Shown: piece after piece, positions 15,636 to 24,016 of the stretch
Layout of the letters: every line of letters begins with the position of its first letter
Position numbering within the stretch: position 1 is the first letter of the stretch
From: Micrococcus luteus NCTC 2665
GTDB taxonomy: Bacteria; Actinomycetota; Actinomycetes; Actinomycetales; Micrococcaceae
Direction: 5' to 3'
Assembly: GCF_000023205.1 (NCBI RefSeq)
Contig: NC_012803.1
Location: 1,890,001-1,922,000 of the forward strand
DNA length: 32,000 bases
Position numbers and translations under genes: made by a program
The notes under the pieces: model-generated
What the model was told of the DNA's origin: nothing
Seen by the model: the letters and a program-made list of their open reading frames with translations, nothing else
Database searches by the model: none

Positions 15636-16124
15636 GTGGCCAGCGATTCCACGTTCGACGTCGTCAGCAAGGTGGACAGCCAGGAGGTGTCCAACGCCCT
15701 GAACCAGGCGCAGAAGGAGATCGCCCAGCGCTACGACTTCAAGGGCGTCGGCGCCGAGATCGACTTCTCCGGCGAGAAGATCCTCATGAAGGCCTCCTCC
15801 GAAGAGCGCGTCAGGGCCGTCAAGGACGTGTTCGAGTCCAAGCTCGTCAAGCGCGGCATCTCCCTCAAGTCCCTCGACGCCGGCGCCCCGTTCGCCTCCG
15901 GCAAGGAGTACCGCATCGAGGCGACCATGAAGGAGGGCATCGACCAGCCCACCGCGAAGAAGATCACCAAGCTGATCCGCGACGAGGGCCCCAAGTCCGT
16001 CAAGGCCCAGATCCAGGGGGACGAGCTGCGCGTGTCCTCCAAGTCCCGCGACGACCTGCAGTCGGTCATCGCGATGCTCAAGGACTTCGAGGACGCGGAC
16101 CTGCAGTTCGTGAACTTCCGCTGA
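15636..16124 (+). CDS. yajQ: YajQ-family (UPF0234) nucleotide-binding protein
   Basis: Full-length resemblance to YajQ: [31 protein letters not shown] ... LQFVNFR. GAAGGAG lies upstream of the GTG at 15636. A TAGGCT(GG) box at 15548-15553 is a promoter candidate. Confidence 0.85.
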   Translation: MASDSTFDVVSKVDSQEVSNALNQAQKEIAQRYDFKGVGAEIDFSGEKILMKASSEERVRAVKDVFESKLVKRGISLKSLDAGAPFASGKEYRIEATMKEGIDQPTAKKITKLIRDEGPKSVKAQIQGDELRVSSKSRDDLQSVIAMLKDFEDADLQFVNFR

Positions 16125-16164
16125 TCCGCACGCCGCCTCCCCTCCGATCCCACCAGGAGTCCCC

Positions 16165-16668
16165 ATGCTGTACCTGATCGACCCTCGCGGGGCCGTGTGG
16201 TCCGCCGACACCACGATCGGCCGGGCGCGGGCCCGGGCCCGCGTGGACGGCCGCCCGGTCGACGACCTGAAGTTCACCAAGGCCGCCATGCTCCTGACCT
16301 TCGACGACCATGTGGACCTCGCGCTGCGTCACGGCGTCGCCGCCCCGCGCGGCCTCCTCCTCGACCACGGGTTCGTGGCCCAGGTGCTCGCCCCCGCGAA
16401 CCTGAAGGCCCAGCGCGCCAACCAGGACGCGATCGCCGAGCAGCTCGCGGTGGTGGAGCGTCGCACGGAGGACGTCGGATCGCTGCGCTCCCACCGGCAC
16501 GCGGCCGCCTACGAGGGCGCGGACCAGAGTCTGGCGCGCCGCATCAAGAAGGCGGAGGAGGCGGCCCGCGAGACGCTCCAGGCGGCCCCGGACGAGGACC
16601 TCGTCCGCCACTGGACGCGCCTGGGTGGCACGGTGCCGGCCACGCTCCAGGCCGACCGCGACCGCTGA
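16165..16668 (+). CDS. Hypothetical protein (167 aa), probably co-transcribed with yajQ
   Basis: CAGGAG 6 nt upstream of the ATG, a 40-nt gap after yajQ, and strong GC3 bias. Confidence 0.6.
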   Translation: MLYLIDPRGAVWSADTTIGRARARARVDGRPVDDLKFTKAAMLLTFDDHVDLALRHGVAAPRGLLLDHGFVAQVLAPANLKAQRANQDAIAEQLAVVERRTEDVGSLRSHRHAAAYEGADQSLARRIKKAEEAARETLQAAPDEDLVRHWTRLGGTVPATLQADRDR

Positions 16669-16849
16669 CCCGCCGGCCGCCGTCGTCATGGAGGCTCCCG
16701 CGGACGGCGGCTCAGGCCGCCGCGATCCAGACGATTCGGCGGTCTCCCGGCCCGATCTGCAGCAGAATCATCTGGCTCACGGGCAGAAACGTCTGGCTCG
16801 GCGCTCCTCGGCGGTCGCTGGCTCGCGGCCTCCCGTCTCCCCACCGCCA

Positions 16850-16884
16850 CGGAACCCCGCGCCCGCTCAGGGCGTGGGGTTCCG
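16850..16884 (+). terminator. 15-bp hairpin whose loop contains the MFS stop codon
   Basis: CGGAACCCCGCGCCC-gctca-GGGCGTGGGGTTCCG. The one imperfect pair is G-U on the plus-strand RNA and C-A on the minus strand. Confidence 0.4.
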
Positions 16885-17898
16885 CGCGTCGTAGCGCAGG
16901 AAGCCGGGCTGCCACCGCATCAGCGCGCTCACGCCGAGGATGCACAGCACGCCGCCGGCCAGCAGGGTCGGCCCCTCCCCCAGGCCCACGGACGCGCCGC
17001 CGGTGATCAGCTCGCCCAGGCGCGGCCCGCCCGCCACCACGACGACGAACACGCCCTGCAGCCGGCCGCGCAGGTGGTCCGGGGTCGCGGACTGCAGGAT
17101 CGAGCCGCGGAAGACGCCGGAGAGCGAGTCCGCGGCCCCGCCCACCGCCATGCACAGCGCGGCGAGGGCGAACGCGAGCGTGAGGCGGGGATCGCCGTCG
17201 GGCAGGGACTGTGCCCACCAGACCACGCCGCCGAACGCGGCCACCGCCCCGCCCCACACGAGGATCGAGACGTACACGCCCCAGCCCTGCGCGTGCAGGC
17301 GGGTGAACGGGGCGGAGAACAGCCCCGCGAGGAACGCACCCGCCGCCATCGCGGCCAGCAGCACGCCGACGGCGGCCCCACCCCCGCCGAGCACCACAGC
17401 GCCGATGGCGGGCAGCAGGGCGCGCGGGAACGCCGTCGTCATGGTCACGATGTCCGCCAGGAAGGTCATCCGCAGGTACGGTCGCGAGCCGAGGAAGCGC
17501 AGGCCCTCGACCACCGAGGCCAGACCCCCGCGCGCGCCCGAGGCGGCCGCGGCCTCGGCCCGCGGCGGCGGCAGGGACGGCAGCCGCCACACGGCGTACA
17601 GGGCGGCCAGGCAGGTGACGACGTCGATCGAGTAGGTCCACGCGTAGCCGACCGTCCCCACGAGCACGCCGCCCAGCATGGGGCCGACCATCAGGGCAAC
17701 GGAGAACGTCATCATGTTCAGCGCGTTCGCCGCCGGCACCGACTCGAGTCCGGCCCAGGCCTGCGCGGCGACGCCGACCGTGGTCAGCCACATGACGGCC
17801 GACGAGGCCAGCGCGACGCGGCGGCGGTCGTGCCGGTCTGCGATCGCGCCGCCGTACAGGCCCGCGACCACGAGCGCGGCGAGCCCGAGCAGGCCCAC
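16867..17898 (-). CDS. MFS transporter (EntS/MFS_3-like), N-terminally short and possibly a truncated remnant
   Basis: Multiple TM helices and the motif-A-like sequence GGAIADRHDRRRV. The reading frame opens only 25 codons upstream (stop at 17974-17976) and starts inside the usual TM1-TM2 junction (LTGSSFAVGLLG). Confidence 0.65.
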   Translation of the reverse strand: MGLLGLAALVVAGLYGGAIADRHDRRRVALASSAVMWLTTVGVAAQAWAGLESVPAANALNMMTFSVALMVGPMLGGVLVGTVGYAWTYSIDVVTCLAALYAVWRLPSLPPPRAEAAAASGARGGLASVVEGLRFLGSRPYLRMTFLADIVTMTTAFPRALLPAIGAVVLGGGGAAVGVLLAAMAAGAFLAGLFSAPFTRLHAQGWGVYVSILVWGGAVAAFGGVVWWAQSLPDGDPRLTLAFALAALCMAVGGAADSLSGVFRGSILQSATPDHLRGRLQGVFVVVVAGGPRLGELITGGASVGLGEGPTLLAGGVLCILGVSALMRWQPGFLRYDARNPTP

Positions 17899-17932
17899 CG
17901 CGAACGAGGAGCCGGTCAGGGCCCGCCCCGGA

Positions 17933-19351
17933 TCAGACGGACGGGACGGACGCCCCGTCGCGGGAGATGCGGGTCATCTCCTCGCGGTCCACGACCTTCA
18001 CCCGCTCCCGCGCCACCGGACCGGCCTCCGACGCCTGCGCACCCAGGGACCTCTCATGCTCATCCAGAGCATGCCAACCAGCCCACGTCGTGTACGGGAC
18101 GCCGCGGGACTCCAGCAGCTCGATCACGGACTCCTCCGAGGGCTCCTGAGCCCTCCACAGCCCCGGCTCGTCCTCGATCAGATGCTTGATCGTCTCCAGG
18201 GAGTCACCCTTGGTGTGCCCGATCAACCCCACCGGACCCCGCTTGATCCACCCCGAGGCGTACAGCCCCGGCACCGGGGCACCGTCCGCGTCCAGCACCC
18301 GACCCTCCGCGTTCGGGATCACCCCGCGCACCTCGTCGAACTCCACCCCCTCCACCGGGGACCCGAAGTACCCCACCGCCCGGTAGACCGCCTGCACCGG
18401 GTAGTCCACCGTCTCGTCCGTCGGGCGGACCCCACCGGAGCCGTCCAGCTCCATCCGACGCATCCGCAGACCATCCACCCGGCCGTCCCCGTCCTCGTCC
18501 AGGAACTGCTCCGGGGCCTGGAGGAAATGCAGATGCAGCCGCCGCGAGGCGCTCTGCTGACGGTCCTCCTGCTCCATGAGCCAGTTCGTCAACGTGCCCA
18601 CCATGGTGCGGACCTGGTTGTTCTCCTCGATCGCCTTCTCCGAGGCCTCATCGAAGTCGAAGTCCTCCTCGTACAGCACGATGTCCACATCGCGGGAGTG
18701 CGCCAGCTCGCGCAGCTCGAGCGGGGTGAACTTCACCTGCGCCGGCCCGCGACGACCGAACACGTGCACGTCCGTGACCGGGGAGGCGGCCAGGTCCCGG
18801 TACACGTTGTCCGGGATCTCGGTGGGCAGCAGGTCCTCGGCATGCTTGGACAGGATCCGGGCCACATCCAGGGCCACGTTCCCGTTGCCGATCACCGCCA
18901 CCTGCGTGGCCTCCAGCGGCCAGTGCCGCGGCACATCCGGGTGCCCGTCGTACCAGGCGGCGAAGTCCGCGCCACCGAACGAGCCGGCCAACTCCACCCC
19001 CGGCACGTCCAGGACCGCGTCCCGCACCGCCCCGGTGGAGAACACGATCGCATCGTAGTGCCGACGCAGATCCGCCAGGCTCAGATCCGTGCCGTAGTCC
19101 ACGTTCCCCAGGAAACGGATGTCCCCGCGGTCCATGACCTTGTGCAGCGCGTTCACGATGCCCTTGATGCGCGGATGGTCCGGGGCCACCCCGTAACGGA
19201 TCAGACCGAACGGGGCCGGGTACCGGTCGAACAGGTCGATGCTGACACGGAAGTCCCGCTCCTCCTTGGTCAGGATGTCCGCCGTGTACACCCCGGCGGG
19301 TCCGGCACCGATGATGGCGATGCGCAACGGGCGGTCAGGGCGAACGGTCAC
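17933..19351 (-). CDS. fprA: NADPH-ferredoxin (adrenodoxin-type) reductase
   Basis: IAIIGAGPAGVY (FAD site) and VAVIGNGNVALDVARIL (NADPH site), with the overall FprA layout. GTG start at 19351. Confidence 0.88.
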   Translation of the reverse strand: MTVRPDRPLRIAIIGAGPAGVYTADILTKEERDFRVSIDLFDRYPAPFGLIRYGVAPDHPRIKGIVNALHKVMDRGDIRFLGNVDYGTDLSLADLRRHYDAIVFSTGAVRDAVLDVPGVELAGSFGGADFAAWYDGHPDVPRHWPLEATQVAVIGNGNVALDVARILSKHAEDLLPTEIPDNVYRDLAASPVTDVHVFGRRGPAQVKFTPLELRELAHSRDVDIVLYEEDFDFDEASEKAIEENNQVRTMVGTLTNWLMEQEDRQQSASRRLHLHFLQAPEQFLDEDGDGRVDGLRMRRMELDGSGGVRPTDETVDYPVQAVYRAVGYFGSPVEGVEFDEVRGVIPNAEGRVLDADGAPVPGLYASGWIKRGPVGLIGHTKGDSLETIKHLIEDEPGLWRAQEPSEESVIELLESRGVPYTTWAGWHALDEHERSLGAQASEAGPVARERVKVVDREEMTRISRDGASVPSV

Positions 19352-19437
19352 GGCGGGTGGGTCCTTTTCGACGACGGCGGGGCGCGCCGGCGGAGCGCGG
19401 GGCGAGGCCCGGCACCGGCGCGCGGGATCGACCCCCC

Positions 19438-19443
19438 AGTCTA
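19438..19443 (-). promoter_or_regulatory. Putative fprA -10 box TAGACT(GG), about 80 nt upstream of the start codon
   Basis: Minus strand reads GCCGGTAGACTGGGGGG. Confidence 0.3.
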
Positions 19444-19489
19444 CCGGCGCAACCGGGAGGAACCTGGGTGAGAGTGCTCACCCGGACCG

Positions 19490-19495
19490 TACAGT
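19490..19495 (+). promoter_or_regulatory. Putative -10 box TACAGT, 7 nt before the GTG at 19503 (leaderless rarD)
   Basis: CCGTACAGTGGCCCGCGTG. The inverted repeat GGTGAG-agtg-CTCACC (19467-19482) sits at about the -35 position. Confidence 0.35.
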
Positions 19496-19502
19496 GGCCC
19501 GC

Positions 19503-20513
19503 GTGAGCCCCTCCTCCCCCTCCCCCCGGCCCGGCGTGCCCGCCGCGGGCGCCGCCCCGGACACCGGTGCCCTGCCCACCGTCTCCCCCGCCCCGGCCGA
19601 CGACCCGCGCGGGCTGGCCCTCGGCTTCACCGCCTACTTCGTGTGGGGTCTGTTGCCGCTCTACATGGCGGTGCTCGCGCCCGCCGGGGCCCTGGAGATC
19701 GTGGTGGTGCGCATCGGCTTCGCCCTGATCTTCTGCCTCGTGTTGCTCGGCCTCATGCGCCGCCTGGGCGAGCTGGGGACGGCACTGGCCACGCCCGGCC
19801 GCTGGGGCGCCACCGCGCTGGCCGCCGGGTTCATCGCGGTGAACTGGCTGCTCTACGCCGTGTCCGTGACCACCGGCAACGTGCTGCAGGCCTCGCTCGG
19901 CTACTTCATGAACCCGCTGGTGAACGTCCTGCTGGGCGTGCTCTTCCTCGGGGAGCGGCTGCGGCGGGGCCAGTGGGTGGCCGTCGGGATCGCGGTGGCC
20001 GCCGTCGTCGTGATGTCCGCGGCGATGGGGCAGGTGCCGTGGATCGCGCTCGGGCTGGCCACCTCCTTCGGACTCTACGGCTTCGTGAAGAAGCGCTTCC
20101 CCTCCCCCGTGCACGCGGTGACCGCGATGACCGCCGAGACCGTGGTGCTGATCCCCGTGTTCGTGGTGGGCAGCGTGCTGCTGGCGCAGGCCGGGCTGCT
20201 CACCACGGTCACCGAGGGGCCCGCCCACTTCTGGCTCATGGCCGGGCTCGGCGTGGTCACCGCCGTTCCGCTCATCCTGTTCTCGGCGGCGGCCCGCTCC
20301 CTGACGCTGACCACGCTCGGGATGCTGCAGTACACGGCGCCCATCCTGCAGTTCCTCGTGGCGGTCACGGTCCTCGGCGAGCAGATGCCCGCGGCCCGCT
20401 GGGCGGGCTTCGGGCTCATCTGGCTGTCCCTGGCGGTGTTCACCGTGGACCAGCTGAACGCCTCGCGCCTGCACCGCCGGGCGGTCCGGGCCGGGGACGG
20501 CGCTCGGGCCTAG
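19503..20513 (+). CDS. rarD: EamA/RarD-family permease
   Basis: GLALGFTAYFVWGLLPLYM signature and 10 predicted hydrophobic helices. The first 88 codons of the track ORF overlap fprA and are rejected. Confidence 0.8.
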   Translation: MSPSSPSPRPGVPAAGAAPDTGALPTVSPAPADDPRGLALGFTAYFVWGLLPLYMAVLAPAGALEIVVVRIGFALIFCLVLLGLMRRLGELGTALATPGRWGATALAAGFIAVNWLLYAVSVTTGNVLQASLGYFMNPLVNVLLGVLFLGERLRRGQWVAVGIAVAAVVVMSAAMGQVPWIALGLATSFGLYGFVKKRFPSPVHAVTAMTAETVVLIPVFVVGSVLLAQAGLLTTVTEGPAHFWLMAGLGVVTAVPLILFSAAARSLTLTTLGMLQYTAPILQFLVAVTVLGEQMPAARWAGFGLIWLSLAVFTVDQLNASRLHRRAVRAGDGARA

Positions 20514-20516
20514 ACT
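20511..20516 (+). promoter_or_regulatory. Putative -10 box TAGACT(GG) built on the rarD stop codon, 6 nt before the ATG at 20523
   Basis: GCCTAGACTGGCCGCATG. The TAG is the rarD stop codon. Confidence 0.35.
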
Positions 20517-20522
20517 GGCCGC

Positions 20523-21017
20523 ATGCCCGCCAAGCCCCCCGCTCCCGTGTACCTCCCGGCCTTCCAGCGGCTCGTCCCGGACCTGCTGGGCGACGCCTGG
20601 GCCGAGGACGACGGCCTCGCCCCCGCCGACGTCGACGCCCGGCTGGCCCAGTCCCCCGCGGCGGAGCAGCTCGGCGCCGGGCTCATGATCCCGGCCGCCC
20701 TGCGCGAGTTCTACCTCGCCCTCGGCAACTGCGGCGACCTCATGGAGACGGACCACTACGTGTGGGACCCCGAGGACCTCGAGGTGCGGGACGGCTTCCT
20801 CATGTTTTTGGAGGACGCGGACGAGACGGTCGTGTGGGGTCTGCCGGTGGACAACCTGGCGTTGCCGGACCCGCTGGTGTGGCGGCGCTCCGCCGGCGCC
20901 GACGCCCCCGAGGGCGACTGGCAGGACGAGGGCGGCACCTTCAGCGAGTTCCTCACGGACCTGCTCTCGTGGACCTTCGAGGACCCCGAGGAGGACGACG
21001 AGGGGCCGGACCGGTGA
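20523..21017 (+). CDS. SMI1/KNR4 (SUKH-1)-like protein, very acidic
   Basis: Pattern IPAALREFYLALGN ... GFLMFLEDADETVVWGL ... TFSEFLTDLL matches the SUKH helix-strand-helix signature as I remember it. No search was run. Confidence 0.5.
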   Translation: MPAKPPAPVYLPAFQRLVPDLLGDAWAEDDGLAPADVDARLAQSPAAEQLGAGLMIPAALREFYLALGNCGDLMETDHYVWDPEDLEVRDGFLMFLEDADETVVWGLPVDNLALPDPLVWRRSAGADAPEGDWQDEGGTFSEFLTDLLSWTFEDPEEDDEGPDR

Positions 21018-21511
21018 CCGCGCCCGCCCCGGTCTCCCACGCCCCGGACGGCTACGTCTGCCCGTTCTGCGGGCTCGTGGCCGGCGACGTCTCCGACCCG
21101 GGCAACCGCTGCGAGCTCGGGGACACCGTCTACCAGGACGAGGACCTGCTCGTGCTGATCGCCGTGGACGGGTTCGGCGACCACGAGGGCCACGCCATGG
21201 TCTGCCCGGCCGAGCACTACGAGAACCTCTACGACCTGCCCCCGCGCGTGCTGCAGCGCATCGCGCTGATGGCCCAGCAGGTGGCGCTGGCCATGAAGCG
21301 CGCGTGGGCCCCGGACGGGGTCTCCACGCGCCAGCACAACGAACCCGCCGGCAACCAGCACGTGTGGCACTACCACCTGCACGTGTTCCCGCGCTTCGAG
21401 GGGGACATGCTCTACCGGCAGCTGCGCCACCCGGTGGCCCCGGAGGTCCGCGCCCGCAAGGCCCGGGAGCTCGCGGCCGCGCTGGACCCCGACCCGACCC
21501 GCCTGGACTGA
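21014..21511 (+). CDS. HIT-family nucleotide hydrolase/transferase
   Basis: Histidine triad HYHLHVFPR and N-terminal CPFC. The GTG at 21014 overlaps the upstream TGA (GTGA). Confidence 0.85.
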   Translation: MTAPAPVSHAPDGYVCPFCGLVAGDVSDPGNRCELGDTVYQDEDLLVLIAVDGFGDHEGHAMVCPAEHYENLYDLPPRVLQRIALMAQQVALAMKRAWAPDGVSTRQHNEPAGNQHVWHYHLHVFPRFEGDMLYRQLRHPVAPEVRARKARELAAALDPDPTRLD

Positions 21512-21514
21512 GCA

Positions 21515-21556
21515 GCCGCCCCGGATCGAGGCGGCGACGCCGCGGGTCCCGGCGTC
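21515..21556. terminator. Two short GC hairpins between the convergent HIT and polyprenyl synthase genes
   Basis: GCCGCC-ccggatcga-GGCGGC (21515-21535) and GACGCCG-cgggtcc-CGGCGTC (21536-21556). Confidence 0.35.
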
Positions 21557-22619
21557 AGGCCGAGCGCCCGACCACGTAGTCGGCGAACGCCTCGAGCGCC
21601 GTCTTCACGGCGGAGTCCGGCAACGGGGTGAGCGCCTGCTTCGCCTGCTCCGCCCAGCCGCGGGTGATCGCCCACGCCTCGTCGATGGCGGGGTGGCCCG
21701 TGAGCGCGGCGACGGCGGCGGCCAGCTGATCGTCGGTGTCGAGCGGCCCGTCCACGAGCGCGCGCACCCGGCGGGCGTCCTCCGCCTCCGGCCCCTCGCC
21801 CTGCGCCGCGCGGGCCAGCAGCAGCGTGGTCAGGGTGGGCACGCGCTCGCGCAGGTCCGTGCCGGGGACCTTGCCGATCCGCTCGGTGTCGCCGGTGAGG
21901 TCGATCAGGTCGTCGGCGAGCTGGAAGGCCAGGCCCACCTTCTCGCCGTATGCGCGCATCACCTGGACGGCGGCCTCGTCGGCCCCGCCCAGCAGCGCGC
22001 CGAGCATGCCGGCCGCGGCGATCAGCGAGCCGGTCTTGCCGGAGAGCACCGCGTAGTAGTGCTCGATCGGGTCCGTGCCCTCGGCCGGGCCGCGGGTCTC
22101 CCACAGCTGGCCCTGCACGAGGCGTTCGAAGGTGTCCGCCTGGATCTGCACGGGCCGCGTGCCGAGCTCGGCCATGAGCTGGGAGGCGCGGGCGAAGATC
22201 AGGTCGCCGGCCAGGATCGCCGCCGAGTTGCCCCACAGCCGGTGGGCGGCGGGGGCGCCGCGGCGCACGGGGGCCTCATCCATCACGTCGTCGTGGTACA
22301 GCGTGGCCAGGTGCGTCAGCTCCATCACGACGGCGGCCTGGCGGGCGGGCGCGTCCACGTCGGCGACCTCACCGGAGGCCAGGGCGGGATCGCCCAGGAG
22401 GGAGGCGAGGACCGTCAGGACCGGACGGACCCGCTTGCCGCCGGCGGCCATCAGGTGGTGGGCGGCGGTGTCGGAGAACAGGTCGTCGAAGCCGAGGGCG
22501 CTGTCCAGCTGCTCCTCGACCTGCTCGAGCGCGGTCAGCACGACCTCCAGGACACGGCCGTGCTCGGCGAGGGGTTCGAAGCCGGAGGGCAGGACGAAGC
22601 CGGGGTCTGCGGTGGTCAC
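21555..22619 (-). CDS. Trans-polyprenyl diphosphate synthase (menaquinone side chain)
   Basis: LYHDDVMDEA (first DDxxD) and FQLADDLIDL (second DDxxD). The GTG start overlaps the upstream stop (GTGA at 22616-22619). Confidence 0.88.
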   Translation of the reverse strand: MTTADPGFVLPSGFEPLAEHGRVLEVVLTALEQVEEQLDSALGFDDLFSDTAAHHLMAAGGKRVRPVLTVLASLLGDPALASGEVADVDAPARQAAVVMELTHLATLYHDDVMDEAPVRRGAPAAHRLWGNSAAILAGDLIFARASQLMAELGTRPVQIQADTFERLVQGQLWETRGPAEGTDPIEHYYAVLSGKTGSLIAAAGMLGALLGGADEAAVQVMRAYGEKVGLAFQLADDLIDLTGDTERIGKVPGTDLRERVPTLTTLLLARAAQGEGPEAEDARRVRALVDGPLDTDDQLAAAVAALTGHPAIDEAWAITRGWAEQAKQALTPLPDSAVKTALEAFADYVVGRSA

Positions 22620-24016
22620 CGGTCAAGCCTACCCAACGACGCGCCGCCCGCGGTCGTCAGCGCGGGGGTGAGGGCCTCGAGCACGCGGACGGCCCGGTCG
22701 ACGGCGTCGCCGCCCCGCGCGTCCACCCTGTTGCCCATGACCTTCACCGCGGCCCGCAGCAGCGGGGGTGCGGCCACCCCGGCGCCCAGTGCCGCCCTCA
22801 TCACGCGCGGATCGCCGATCAGGCGGGCGAACCGGGCGCCGAGGGCGAAGTGTCGGCCCCACAGGTGCTGGGTGATCACCGGGTAACGGGACAGGATCGC
22901 GTCCGCGGCGCCGTCGGTCCCGGCCGCGTGCGCCTGCACCGCCAGGTCCGCGGCGAGGCGGGCCGCCTCCATCGCGAACCCGATGCCCTCCCCGTTGAAC
23001 GGGGACACCATGCCGGCCGCATCGCCCACCAGGAGCATGCCCGGCACGTGCTGCGGGGTGCGGTTGAACGCCATCGGCAGGGCCGCGCCGAGGGTCCGCG
23101 AGGTGCGCGTCTGCTCGGCGATCCCCCAGTCCGCGGTGAGCGCCCCGGTCCAGGACTTCAGCAGCCCGCGGTAGTCCAGCTTCCCGAACTGCGGGGAGGT
23201 GTCCAGGATGCCCAGGCCCACGTTCACGGTGCCGTCCGCCAGCGGGAACAGCCAGCCGTAGCCGGGCAGCGGGTTGCCCTCGGCGTCCGGCAGGCGCAGC
23301 CAGGACTCCATCCACTCCCCCCGGTCGCCGGGCGGGGCGGGGATCGCCCCGTCGGCGGCGGCGCCGGCGGTGTAGTAGGCCCGCACGGCCACGCCCATGG
23401 GCCGGTCCTCGCGGCGGTGCAGGCCCGCGGAGACGGCGGCCCGGGCCGAGACGCCGTCGCACGCGAGCACGATCGGCGCGGTGAAGCGGGCGGTCTGGCC
23501 GGTCTTGCGGCCGTTCGGCGCGATCAGCTCCGCATCCAGCCCGACCACGCGTCCGGCCTCGTCCTGCACGACGCCGGTGACGGCGTGCCGCTCGCGGACC
23601 TCGGCGCCGCGCGAGCGCGCCAGCTCCGCCAGGAGGGCGTCGAAGTCCCGGCGGGTGCGCGTGAGCGCGTAGTCCGGCCAGGTCCGGGTGGGCGCCCACG
23701 GCACGTCCACGCTGCGCTCGCCCGCGCGCAGCCGCAGGCCGCGGATGACGCGCCAGCCGCCGTCGTCGCCGGGCTCACCCCGGTGGGGCACGCCGAGCAG
23801 CTGCAGCTCCCGGACCGCCTGCGGGGTCAGGCCGTCGCCGCAGACCTTCTCACGCGGGTGCGCGGTCTTCTCGAGCACCACCACGTCCAGCCCCGCCGCG
23901 GCGAGGTGGGCGGCGGCGGTGGCGCCGGCGGGGCCGCAGCCGGAGATCAGCACGTCGGCACGGCGCACGACGGCGGGGGTCGAGTCGGGCGCGGGCGACG
24001 TCGGCGTGTCGGTCAC
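22616..24016 (-). CDS. Geranylgeranyl-reductase-family flavoprotein (MenJ-like menaquinone reductase)
   Basis: DVLISGCGPAGATAA (FAD site), VCGDGLTP, and GDAAGMVSPFNGEGI. GAGGAGG lies upstream of the GTG at 24016, which overlaps the menD stop (GTGA). Confidence 0.8.
   Translation of the reverse strand: MTDTPTSPAPDSTPAVVRRADVLISGCGPAGATAAAHLAAAGLDVVVLEKTAHPREKVCGDGLTPQAVRELQLLGVPHRGEPGDDGGWRVIRGLRLRAGERSVDVPWAPTRTWPDYALTRTRRDFDALLAELARSRGAEVRERHAVTGVVQDEAGRVVGLDAELIAPNGRKTGQTARFTAPIVLACDGVSARAAVSAGLHRREDRPMGVAVRAYYTAGAAADGAIPAPPGDRGEWMESWLRLPDAEGNPLPGYGWLFPLADGTVNVGLGILDTSPQFGKLDYRGLLKSWTGALTADWGIAEQTRTSRTLGAALPMAFNRTPQHVPGMLLVGDAAGMVSPFNGEGIGFAMEAARLAADLAVQAHAAGTDGAADAILSRYPVITQHLWGRHFALGARFARLIGDPRVMRAALGAGVAAPPLLRAAVKVMGNRVDARGGDAVDRAVRVLEALTPALTTAGGASLGRLDR

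Noticed and set aside
19467-19482. The inverted repeat GGTGAG-agtg-CTCACC as a defined operator between fprA and rarD.
   Set aside because: It has only 6-bp arms, which arise easily by chance. It is noted under the rarD promoter feature but is not strong enough to stand as a finding.
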